From Eledone cirrhosa (Eukaryota), in contig OZ024740.1 of assembly GCA_964016885.1 (NCBI GenBank), forward strand, positions 54,560,001-54,624,000: a stretch of DNA of 64,000 bases, given 5' to 3'. The translations under genes were made by a program, and so were the position numbers. The stretch's first letter is position 1, and each line of letters begins with the position of its first letter. Shown here one piece after another: positions 15,386 to 28,165 of the stretch. The notes under the pieces are model-generated. The model did not search any database and was not told the DNA's origin. It saw only the letters and a program-made list of their open reading frames with translations.

Positions 15386-16011
15386 TATGAAGAGAGAAGG
15401 AACATTTAGATATAATTAGTAATAAAATGTATCATACCTAAACTGCTCCTAGATTCCTCGACTATGTAGTTTCGTGGCATAAACAAAAACAATACATCAT
15501 AAAGATATAGAGTCCTTGCGAGGTCTAACGACTTATCAAGAGGATACCTCATTTTACTAGCCTCAAGAACGCGTCTACACGACGTGAGAAAGAATCCCAA
15601 AAGGCGGAGGGGGAGATAGTCACGCGATATAACGGTCGAGAAACAGAGCTAAGCCTCTTATAACCCCGAAGAAAATACCACGGATGCGGAGGGGGTATTT
15701 ATATCGAAGCCGTAGAAGAGGTGGTGAAGGAGGCGAGAAGTATGAGTAATGGCAGCTTTCCAGCAGTCACCACACTTCAAAGATTACTCGACCAGAGGGA
15801 GTTATTAACAATATATTTAGAAACACACAGATACATGCGGACACACACATATACATGAATGCATCCACACCCAACCGTGAGTTAAGGGTGCCAACCTCAC
15901 CGATGTTGCTCAATGAATGACTGGGACAGACCAATCCGGTTGAACCAGACTGAACCAGTATCAGAGTTAAAAATACATTATGAAGAGAGAAGGAACATTT
16001 AGATATAATTA
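15385..16011 (-). mobile_element. ORF-less 593-bp unit bounded by 34-bp direct repeats, with a U3-A8 hammerhead at 15456-15543
   Basis: TTATGAAGAGAGAAGGAACATTTAGATATAATTA at 15385 and 15978; CCTC-TTGATAA-GT..AC-GAAA-CTACATAG-TC-GAGG. Confidence 0.7.
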
Positions 16012-16020
16012 TATATATAT

Positions 16021-16498
16021 GTAAAAGGTAAACAGAAATAACAACACAATCGGTACAGTATATGGAAGGGATATATTAGGTTAACGCTTGATATAGCAGG
16101 AAGAGGGTCTTAACGTTTCGGACGCAAGTCCTTCACCAGAAGAAAGAATGAGAGACAAGCGGAGTGGTGCGACAATTTAAAATGTATTAGACATATTACA
16201 ATCCTTTCTCTGGCGACCAGATAGTCTCGATCTTTCGAAGCAGAGGTTCCATTTGGAAACTCTGCTTCGAAAGATCGAGACGTATCTGAGGATCATGCGA
16301 TTTCAGAGTCAGGTGCGATCAATGCATCGATCGTCCCTCGAGCTTGTCGCCAGAGAAACGATTTTAATATGTCTAATAAATTTTAAATCGTCGCACCCGC
16401 TGATTCTCCGTTTCTTATGTGATATTATACTCTGCTCTGTAAGAGCATCGAGTGCTCAAATGGGGTGCCGTATACGGACGCTTTAAACATCTCACACC

Positions 16499-16500
<2 letters not shown>
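16021..16500. mobile_element. pLTR-derived insertion with nested inverted repeats and a mutated hammerhead at 16108-16143 (minus)
   Basis: TCTT-CTGGTGA-a-GGAC ttgc GTCC-GAAA-CG-TT-AAGA; arms ~16166-16217/16346-16398 and ~16219-16250/16255-16288; related fragment at 8785-8878. Confidence 0.65.
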
Positions 16501-16590
<90 letters not shown>

Positions 16591-16804
16591 ATCTTTTATA
16601 TTACCATAGTTAATTTGTTAACCGTTGGTCAATCAATGATAAATATTGATTGCCAAATAGATTAACTATGGAGATATAAAAGAGACACAAGGGAAAACCA
16701 ATTAAAGTGAGTGTGTTCTGTTATTATTTCTGGCAATATTATTACAACAATGACCCTCCTCAAGTATAACAATATATATATATATATATACATACACACA
16801 CACA

Positions 16805-16849
<45 letters not shown>

Positions 16850-16921
16850 CTGCGGCAGCTTAGCGCACGATTTAATATTAACATAGTGGATTTTGTACGT
16901 GTATAGACATACATACATACA

Positions 16922-16953
<32 letters not shown>

Positions 16954-17059
16954 CATATACATATATGCATACATGCATGATTACTGCAACTCGATTACGA
17001 GTAATGCCATCGCTAGATAATTAAGTACGAACATCAGGGACGTGGCTTTTTAATCCTAC

Positions 17060-17830
17060 TACAATCTGGCCTATAGTCAGCACTACCATGCATCGCAAAC
17101 AATTTTACACATCAAGCGATGTCTCTTGCGTGAAGCTTTTATAAGTGAAGAAAGGCTTTGCACGGGTCCAATCCCATTCTCCGAAAATTGAGTGCCTTTG
17201 ACCAAAAAGAACCTGTCTACATCATTGGATACAAACGAAATTGCAGGTTTTATATCAGAGTAACCTTCTCCTAGAGATGTGGCTTAATGAAGACTAGGAG
17301 TCTCTCGCTCAACAAAAAGGAAAAAAACTTTCTTCGATGGCCGTCCGTTGCGGTTCCTCAGTTCCTACAGCGTTTGACGGGTTTTGTTATTCATCCCACA
17401 GGGTGTCAAAAATAACACTCCTCACTAAGCAAGTTTGGTGGGGTTGCCGTTTTAATCGCCGACGACCCGACCATGCACAGATTGTACTGGGTTACACGTT
17501 ACCAGTAGCGCTGAAGAGTGAGCTGACTCAAATACATAGATACATACATATATATATACATACATACACATGATGGCTACCCCTCGTTATTGAGTATGGC
17601 CATTGCATGATATAACAGTATTAATAATTATCGATTAATGCTATCGTGAAATCTCTGTGCGGGAAGATTTTTTTATGTGACGAAAGACTGTGCACTGAGC
17701 CAATCCCACTCTCTGAGCGGCAGTAGCTATAACCCGAAAAGAAGAAAGGAACATCATCGGTAAATACTGCACTGGTAAAGGCAAGGGGTCCTTCACTCCC
17801 AGTGGTTTAAACACGCGATCTGGTATCCAG
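17060..17830. repeat. Degenerate interspersed repeats, possibly RTE-related non-autonomous elements
   Basis: Similar segments near 17125-17185 and 17655-17720 (GCAC.G..CCAATCCCA.TCTC); family assignment is from memory only. Confidence 0.3.
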
Positions 17831-18214
17831 CCCGATTATTTCTCTGTCCCTACGCATATACATACATATGCATATATATGTACATGCATACATATATATA
17901 TATATCGAGTAGTGTCACTTATCAGTACAATAAAAGTGTTAAAATGATCTGTCATTAAAATATCACCCAAGGCAATAATCTATAGTCATTACACAAAACC
18001 GTTAAAGTTTTATTGCTTTCATTGTATGACTTAAAACATATATAACAATGCATTCTATGTATCATGTTATCACTTGAAAAGAGCTTTCTTCTTTGTAAAA
18101 AAATACAAATGTTCGACTTTAGTGCCAGCCACCAATAATTCCTTTCATTCTTTTGTTCTTTTTTCTCTATCAGATATTACTTTGTTTCTAATTTATTATT
18201 TCTTTATATCTATA

Positions 18215-18322
<108 letters not shown>

Positions 18323-18323
18323 C

Positions 18324-18959
18324 AATAAAGTTAAATAAAAGTCAAATGATTAAAATTTAGCTTGGTTTATTACTGCTATATATATTTCAGTGACAGCCAT
18401 CTTTGGCTGTGACCTCTTCAGGCAGTTTGAATTAGTATGGTATAGACAAGTACATATGTTGTTTAGGTGTATAATATTGTTAATACTCTGATATGCCCAG
18501 TTCCTTGTTTGGTTGTTAATTCACTGAGGAACTGGAGTCATATGAATTCAAACAAACGAATGTCAGTGTCAAAGGTCCCCTTCTCCTCTCATTGGTCAGT
18601 TATTAGAACATTCCTCATTCTGGGAACGTTTGTTTGAATTCATATGACTCCAGTTCCTCAGTGAATTAACAACCAAACAAGGAACTGGGCATATCAGAGT
18701 ATTGACAATATTATACACCTAAACAACATATGTACTTGTCTATACCATACTAATTCAAACTGCCTGAAGAGGTCACAGCCAAAGATGGCTGTCACTGAAA
18801 TATATATAGCAGTAATAAACGAAGCTAAATTTTAATCATTTGACTTTTATTTAACTTTATTTTACACTACTGCGGAGTAACCAAACCAACCTGCGCACTT
18901 CGTCGAGTGCTCCAGCCGGCATACTGAGGTGTTGGTATACAACCAACATGAACTCAAAA

Positions 18960-18960
<1 letters not shown>
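18324..18960 (+). mobile_element. pLTR insertion with near-perfect 235-bp inverted arms (18324-18558 and 18627-18861); intact hammerheads at 18372-18426 (minus) and 18759-18813 (plus)
   Basis: ACTGC-CTGAAGA-GGTCACAGCC aaagat GGCTGTCACT-GAAA-TATATA-TA-GCAGT. Confidence 0.85.
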
Positions 18961-19401
<441 letters not shown>

Positions 19402-19932
19402 TATGGGTGTGTCTAATATATATGTATGTGTATATATATTTATATATATATATGTGCGTATGTGTGTTCGTATTGTTGTTGTTAAGGTCTTACCATGTGG
19501 AATACTAATTAACATTATATAAACTAATGCTACATATTTGGTATCGTATAATGTTAATAATCAACAATGGTAAATGAGGAGAAAATCACGACAAAATGTT
19601 TTCCCTCAGTCTGCTATATTGTTCAGTTTCTAGTAAAGGGTTGCCATGAAAATGATGCACTGTTCTTGTTCAACGCATCCCAGGGTAAACTCCATATTTA
19701 TAACGACACTCAATTAGTCATTTTACACACATACGAATACACGCACAGACAGACCCGCACACATATATACACACGCACAGACAGACCCGCACACATATAT
19801 ACACACACAACACAAGGACACGAACATCCATACGTTTACACAAATTGACAATTGCAAACCAAAGAAGTTTTACATGCATTCTATTTCATTCTCTTGCATC
19901 ATCATCATCATCATCGTCGTCATCAAGTCATT

Positions 19933-20013
19933 TTCTTCTTCTTCTTCTTCTTCTTCTTCTTCTTCTTCTTCTTCTTCTTCTTCTTCTTCTTCTTCTTCTT
20001 CTTCTTCTTCTTC
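19933..20013. repeat. (CTT)n microsatellite
   Basis: Directly visible. Confidence 0.95.
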
Positions 20014-20953
20014 GTTATCATATTGAATTTCCATTTCTTACAAAATCCAAACTCAATCACTAATATGCTGTTGGATTCGTCTACCTTCGAGGTATCATTG
20101 ATGTTTTCTTCTTTTTCATTTAAGAAGAGTAACGGGAAGCAGAGCAGACAATGCTGTTCCGAGATAATGCATTGGCTTTGTACGTGTAGAGAATCCCTCA
20201 CCAAAGTATGAGAAGTTTACTTACTATTCCGTGGCACGCTGGGCGCCAAGGGCGGAGTCTTCATGTTAATGAAGGCCTTTGTTCTACGTGGTAATTCACT
20301 GTTTGTAGCGTACAATGGATGTGCTTGCCATATTGAGGAATGAGCCCCCACCAACAATGGCGGCAAGGGATTTGCAAAGAAATAAAGCACAAAAAACAAA
20401 ACCAAACACAATCAAACACATACCGACTATCATAAACTGTCAGGCAGACTTATACACACAAGTGCACACAAACACATACACATGCATACACACATATAAG
20501 AGCGCGCCCATGTAAAAAAAAAAGAAGAAAACTACACCCAAGCATAGACATAAATATAAGCGTGTACACGTCAAACTAACAGCCTCATCGAGTAATACTA
20601 TTTACATAATATGTTAAGATGTGGCCCTAGCAGCTCCAAATACATAATTGTTAATAATAACGAAATATTTAGAATCTGCCAGGGCAAACACATAATAAGA
20701 AATGCACGGAAAAACATTAATTTTAGATTCAGCAAAATATTCTTGAAAGTTTATTACAAATATTGAACATACGTTATTTCACGTTCAAAGATTAGTTCCA
20801 TATTCATTCATAGACTTAAACACATACGCATATTATACATCCATATTTCATACACATACAAATATTCATAGAAGTAGATACAATTGCAAAGTTAATATAT
20901 ATAGATATATACATAAATATATATATATAAATTTATGACAAACACACACACAC

Positions 20954-20991
<38 letters not shown>

Positions 20992-21241
20992 ATAATAATA
21001 ATAATAATAATAATATGCAACTCTTGCTGTAGATAATCTAATCTTGATAATAAAATCAGAGTGTATAAGACCACGTTACGAAATCCACTCGGCATCAGCT
21101 TGCGAGAAAATCGAACCCATTCCTCATATTTTCACGATAAATTTGCTACCCGAGCACAGCAACTTACTTATACACATATATATGCATACATGTAGCGTTT
21201 ATTTACACATACACACACAAACGTATATATATATACAGGCA

Positions 21242-21304
<63 letters not shown>

Positions 21305-22819
21305 GTACGTTCTTTTCCATATTGACGCTCACATATACGCATAAAATATATGAGTATATTGAGATTGCTATATGTGAATACCAGGAATTGCATTTGCATG
21401 TATAGCCATCTTTTTACATATATGGCTGTATATATTCCACCTCCTGGTGTGATATAACCCGTGGAATCTGTATTTTTACCTCAGCTATTGTCAACTATGT
21501 AACTTGAATAAGAGTTGTTATGTGTCACATTGAAGTGTAGAGAATCAAATTATTAGTAATTTGTTGAATGGGTGAATTATTATGCATTAGAAGAAATTAA
21601 TTCCTGTTATATTTATTTAGTAAAGACTCCTTAGAGATCATGAGTTGGAAGACTTTGTGTGAGCACAAAGTGTACATTCTCTGCGTTCCCCTTGATCAGA
21701 TTTAATCCCTTTTCAAATGATCCATCATAATTCGTATTTGACATTTTAAAATTTGCATTGGTTATCCCCCCTCCCTATATTGTTTTATTAGCTAATTTAC
21801 TTCATCCAAAATTGTGTTAGTGTGAATAATACCATAACTTAAAAGAGTTAGGGGTATTTCCTATATATACATGTACTTGAGCATTATTCTTAGTTACTGT
21901 CTTCTATAATTCTAACAGGATAGTTCCCTTAACCCTATTGTTGCAATTTTGCTTGTGCTATGAGAGGAATTTCGGACATGTGTTCTAACACCAGTGTAGT
22001 TATCCACTTGCCCACTTTTAATCTTAATATCATTACGAATATTTCATTCACGTTAGGATATATGTAGAATCCATATTAACAAGTGTATCACAGAGGAGGA
22101 AACATGGCGCAGTAATATCATGCCCTGAAAAACGTTTGCTTGCAGTAGCTGCACTCTTGTATCTTTGTCTTATATAGGTCACGTCTGTCACTGCTGTGCT
22201 TTCAATAAAGGGGGTCAGTCCTTTCATAAAGCTTCGTTATCGACGTCTAGGCATGTTATCTGAAAGCCCATCATCTGAGGTATCCTTCCCTTTTAAATTG
22301 TCAAGTAATGATTTGAAGGATATTTGGTGACATTTTTATACACCCCAAACGGCAATATGAAAAGTCTCATGTTTGTTCATAGTATCTATTTTTATCCCAA
22401 CTCAATCCACAGCTCCCACCTTTGAGCAAAGGGACCTCTGAAAACATCCTATCGACTAAATTTAGCAGACAGCAGATGAATCATGCAACCGATTTCTGGC
22501 ATACGAAGTTTGATTCCGCATAGCGGTCGGTGTCAACATCTTTTCCCGTCCTTTTTTTCCAATTTTGAAAAGCTACAGTAATTACAGTTATTTTCTGCTC
22601 TTGAGCACACTACAGTTTCTACAAATTCATTTCCTCGACGTTTCATACGATCGAAATTTCCATCTTCACACACGATGCTTGTTTAAATTTTCAAAAGCTG
22701 TTTGATTCAACTCCTAAATTTAGAAAGTAGAATTTGATCAGAAGTCCCGGAGATCTACTCAGCCGCTATCAGTTCGATTCTTCGTCTTTGCTAAATGTTT
22801 TACTTCCTATACACTTGAT

Positions 22820-24400
22820 TTTCTTCTTCTTCTTCTTCTTCTTCTTCTTCTTCTTCTTCTTCTTCTTCTTCTTCTTCTTCTTCTTCTTCTTCTTCTTCTT
22901 CTTCTTCTTCTTCTTCGCCCATTTATTTCTGAAAGATTAGTCGGAAGCAAACGTTTCCAACTGATCCAGCAAGATCCGCAAACACGACTAGCTGATCTCA
23001 GAGATGTCATCCAACCATTTCTCTTGGAGTCTACTGGCCATTAATTCCATACTTCCGTGGAACCTTCTACAGTAGGTCCCATGGAACAAGGTCATATGCA
23101 TTTTTGAGGTCAACAAAGCAAGAATATACCTCTTGGCAGTCCTTATACGATATCTAAAAGACCTGCCACAGAGTGAGTATTCTGTCGAATGTTCTGCGTC
23201 CGGGGAAAAAAACAGATTATTCTACGGATATCTTGGATTTGACAATCTCCCTTCATCTCTTTGCTATACAGTTAACATAGATTTCACCGGGGAAACTTAG
23301 AAAGGAGATGCCCCTATAGGTGAACGAATCCGAATTGTCTCCCTTTTTGAAAATCGGTATTATCAATCCCGATTACGATTACTAAGGTGATTTCCAGATA
23401 TCTAAACCACCCGGAACACCCGTATCAGCCAGCGAATAACTTCTTCACTCAAGGTTTTAACATCTCGGGTCGAAATCCTTCTTCCCCACCGACCTTGCGA
23501 CTTTTGAGCTCTTCATTTGCTGTTGTGTGCTCCGCTTCTGAGAGATTAGTCATCACTGACAGATGAACCTCGTTTACATCCAAAGACGCAGGTGTGATCT
23601 GGTTTAAGATACCAGCAAAGTATTCTCTCCACCTCGCGATGATGCACCTCTCTGAAGAACGGAAAACACCATACGCATTCCTGATAGCATGTATATTTAT
23701 GGATGTCTCTTTGCTGAAAGAAGGTGTTCATAATGCAGACTATATTGCTACATCAGAAATATAATAAGCCCTCTCGATTTGTATTTTGATCGGGATCGCT
23801 GTTCCTTCGAGTCACTACTTTGCATGTCAGGTGGTCAGTGCTAACACATGCGCACATGCATTGAAGTCTCCCATCAGTATAAATGACTCAGTCTTAATTA
23901 CATCTAACAGTGCAGATATATCATCAAGGACGGTTTTTATGAGGACTGCTTGTTTGGGGCGTAAACTTGGACCACCCAGAGAAATCTTGTAATGTTCCAG
24001 GCTCCTATTTTCAAGTTTTCCCCTTTTCGAACCCCCTTTCCGTTCTCGGGATACGCAATCTGTTTGCGTCCATCCTACACCTGCCAGGACAGGTCGCGGA
24101 TAAATCACCAGTTTTTACGGCAAGATATGGAGACTGAAATATATTGTTCGAACAAGCCCTAATAGCTAAGACCTGAATGTATCCAATGTTAAACCTCGGC
24201 AAGGACTAATGCGATATTGAAGTGTTGGTGGTCTTATTTGTGACAGTCACAAATCGAATATTTCTCAAACACACGTAAACTAGACGGCCTTTACTCACCT
24301 CGTCATATATAAATTCCTGATTTATAAGTTTTATTGGGAGAAACATGACACAACTAACCAATATATCTGGTGGCCGCCTCACTATCTGCTCCATGCGATC
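22820..24400 (-). mobile_element. Decayed, internally deleted RTE-clade LINE with (GAA)n 3' tail
   Basis: APE motifs FILMGDFNA and MNTFFQQRDIHKYT; RT remnant KNAYDLVPWDLL..KYGI; tail at 22820-22916. Confidence 0.7.
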
Positions 24401-24456
24401 CGTTCTCTAGCAGAACAGCTCTGCGGAGAATATTTACCTGTATATATGTGTATGTA

Positions 24457-24520
<64 letters not shown>

Positions 24521-24529
<9 letters not shown>

Positions 24530-25655
24530 AGATCCGAAGGCACGGTATAAATTTCCAATCGTTTTAATCACGACTCATGCTTCAATAAGAGATATATTGA
24601 TCGTGTAGTCATGATCAATTATCACTGATCTCGTCAGGTGAAAATGAATTGTCTTCAAATCCTTGATATGAGGGAGAAAATTAACGATGTTCACTCACAG
24701 AGTTTAGACCCTCATATGAAGATCAAGCAGTCAAAACACGGCGACTGCTATCGTCCTCAGTAATGGTCATAAAACTATCAAGTCTCTATCTCCCAATAGC
24801 TGTAAAAGACGCTGGATATCAATCAAATCTGAAGAATTACATTCGGTCACAGTTAATGTGAGTCTGTACACACACACTCAGACACACCGACTCGAGGTCA
24901 AAGAAAAAATATATATACATATACCAACATAGCATCAAATCTGTGTGTGAGTGTGTGTGTACCCACTCACACTCACACACAGCGACGCCAGGTCAAAGAA
25001 AAAATACTTACTTGCGTGTGTATAGGGTTGCGGTTGACCCAATTTTTCCAAATCACATCGTCAAATTGAGATTTGACCAATATAACATTTGTTGTTTTGT
25101 AAATTAACTTTCGATGAAATGTTGGGATATTTATATTTTTTCTTTGACCTCGCGTGGGTGTGTGTGAGTGTGTGTACTCACTCACACTAACTGTGACTGT
25201 CTATAGTTCTACAGATTTGATGCTATGTTGGTATATGTATATATTATTTCTTCTTTGACCTCGTGTCGGTGTGTGTGAGTGTGTGTGTACCCATTCACAT
25301 TAACTGTGACCGAATGTAATTCTTCAGATTTGATTGATATCCAGCGTCTTTTACAGCTATTGGGAGATAGAGACTTGATAGTTTTATGACCCTAACTGAG
25401 GACGATAGCAGTCGCCGTGTTTTGACTGCTTGATCTTCATATGAGGGTCTAAACTCTGTGAGTGAACATCGTTAATTTTCTCCCTCATATCAAGGATTTG
25501 AAGACAATTCATTTTCACCTGATGAGATCAGTGATAATCGATCATGGCTACACAATCGATCTATCTCTTATTGAAACACGTGTCATTGATTAAAATGATT
25601 GGAAAATTATACCATGCCTTCGGATCTTTATTTCAATACAAATACTCCGTTTTAC
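24521..25655 (+). mobile_element. pLTR insertion with ~425-bp inverted arms (24521-24945 and 25210-25636); long-stem-II hammerheads at 24568-24641 (minus) and 25515-25589 (plus)
   Basis: Clear reverse-complement match; TCAC-CTGATGA-..-GAAA-CACGTG-TC; the minus copy has GAAG instead of GAAA. Confidence 0.8.
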
Positions 25656-25767
25656 ATCATCTAGCTGTTCCCATAAATGGAATTTGAGATATACAAAAAC
25701 GTGGAGAACTTAATATTGCTAACAAAAAATTATTGGACCGCTTGACACAACCAATAATATACCTTAC

Positions 25768-25918
<151 letters not shown>

Positions 25919-25947
25919 GATACATATACATACACATACATATATAT

Positions 25948-26043
<96 letters not shown>

Positions 26044-27343
26044 GTGTGTATGTGTGTCTGTGTGTTTATGTGTGTGTATGTGTATAATTCCTCTGTACAA
26101 ATAGATATATCGAAAATAGCAGGTGAAAAATAGTCACGTCTGAAACAACAATATGTTAGAATTTGATTTTTATAGAACACTGCACTCTTTGACCGAGAAA
26201 TTATAATTTGTCGTGATGAAATATACAAAGGCAAACGGAAACTCCTTGCCTTTTGCTGTTGCTAAATGATTATTCTTAGCAGTGTTTCTTTTTTTCCTTT
26301 TACTTTCACATTTCATTCAGGTTCCAGTTTTTTTCTTTTTGTTTGTTTGTTTGTTTTTTGTTGCTTTGCTTCAATGGTTTTCGAAGGGTAAATACATATA
26401 AAAATAAAGCATATAAATGCATGTTATTATCCATTCATTTAACAGCTATGCTATGATCTACAGATACATTTATATGGCACTTTTAATATAATCGTTAAAT
26501 TTTTAATGCATATTTAATACAAAATATGTTGTAGATTAACAGAATTGTTAGAGGGTCGGAAAATATGCATCGGAAAATTCAGTTATTCAGCTTTAGGTTC
26601 TTATTTCGATTCAGCCATTTCGATTCAGACATACATTATCTTTCGATCATTCGTAGTCGATAAATGTAACTACCAAATAAGGATTGGTGAGATGAACAAT
26701 CATCATTCCGTTTTAACGTCCTCAGTTTACTTATGGAATTGTCTGAATTTGGATGAAATGGTGTCACCATACCTGGCCATGACTTCCTTCTTCACCAAAT
26801 GTTTACACGTTATCACGTAGGTCGACCGGGACATGCTAGTTTTATGTTCTGATTTCGAATATCCTAATATTGAATAATATGCTTTTCAAAACGGAGACAT
26901 TGTCAGAAATCGGTATCCATGCTGAAGGAAGAGGATATTTATTTATACCAATTATTTATCACCTGAATTAATTATCTTATAATATTTAGATTTCTGTACT
27001 TCTATTGTAATTTTAGATGTTATCACTATTTACTTAGACATTCATCCTTCTAGCGTGGATAAAATATACGCTAAGTAAAAAAAGATGTTGGTTTTATCAA
27101 TTATCTCTAATTTTCAATTCCTTCCCACAACAGTACTAAATGATTGTCCGCTGATGTTATTTATGTATGTGCATATGTTCTTACATACAAACATACATAA
27201 ATACATCATACATATATATATGTGTATATGTATATATGTGCGTGCGTGTGTATGTGCGCGCGTGTATTTATTCCCATGCATTGAGTACTTTTATGATTTC
27301 TGGTCTCCCTGGTCTCATCACCACAGACACACACACACACATA

Positions 27344-27380
<37 letters not shown>

Positions 27381-27405
27381 CATATATATATACATATATA
27401 TATAC

Positions 27406-27440
<35 letters not shown>

Positions 27441-27529
27441 CATATATAATTGGGAATCAGTAAAATCGAATCTCTGGCGGTTTGCAAGTAATTCGGCCTA
27501 CTTATATATATATATATATGTATATATAT

Positions 27530-27860
27530 TATGAAAATAAACCAAAGAAGCCTTCAATACATCAAAAGTCTTATTAGCCAACAATGTTTCGTCCTATTAA
27601 GGACTCATCAGGGCAATTAAAGCTATAAGAAGCACTATCAGCCAATACAAGCCGAAAACTCAGAAGAATATGGAGTGTACATAGAGTGTACATAGGAAAA
27701 TAATCGGGTAAAAATTATCAAGTAAAAAATAATCAAGTGAAAATTGCTAAGGAAGTAAGTAACATTTTGAACCATATTACAAATATAGTCCAATGCAAAA
27801 ACTAGAGCTCTATATCACCACTCTATATCACCACCTCTGTTTTAGCTCTAGTTTTTGCAT
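27530..27860 (-). mobile_element. pLTR family A with hammerhead at 27573-27617
   Basis: GCC-CTGATGA-GTCCT taat AGGAC-GAAA-CATTG-TT-GGC; near-identical to 48506-48810; short fold-back at 27794-27860. Confidence 0.8.
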
Positions 27861-28146
27861 ATGTTGATTTAAAACTGCACTATCCACAAGTGTTTTTTAA
27901 TCTTCATATCATGTCTTCCTGTTTTTTAATCTTTATATCATGTCTTCCTGTTTTATCTGATGAAAACACAAATATTATTGCATGATGATATTTGTTTTTG
28001 AAATGCGCATAATAAAATACATGGAACTCTTTTAACCATCTTTTGTTCTTATATATTATATATACTCCAGTCCTACAAACTGTAGAGTGCTTCTTATCCG
28101 ATATCTGCATTGCTTTATTGTACTACAATAAAACTCACCTCCTACA
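27861..28146 (+). mobile_element. pLTR family C, uninverted copy, with hammerhead at 27951-28017
   Basis: TTTTAT-CTGATGA-AAACACAAATATTAT..ATGATATTTGTTTTT-GAAA-TGCGCA-TA-ATAAAA. Confidence 0.8.
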
Positions 28147-28165
28147 TATATATATATATATATAT

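Noticed and set aside
21500-22460. Possible CR1/L2 RT remnant on the minus strand
   Set aside because: Only faint motif resemblance; I cannot support it.
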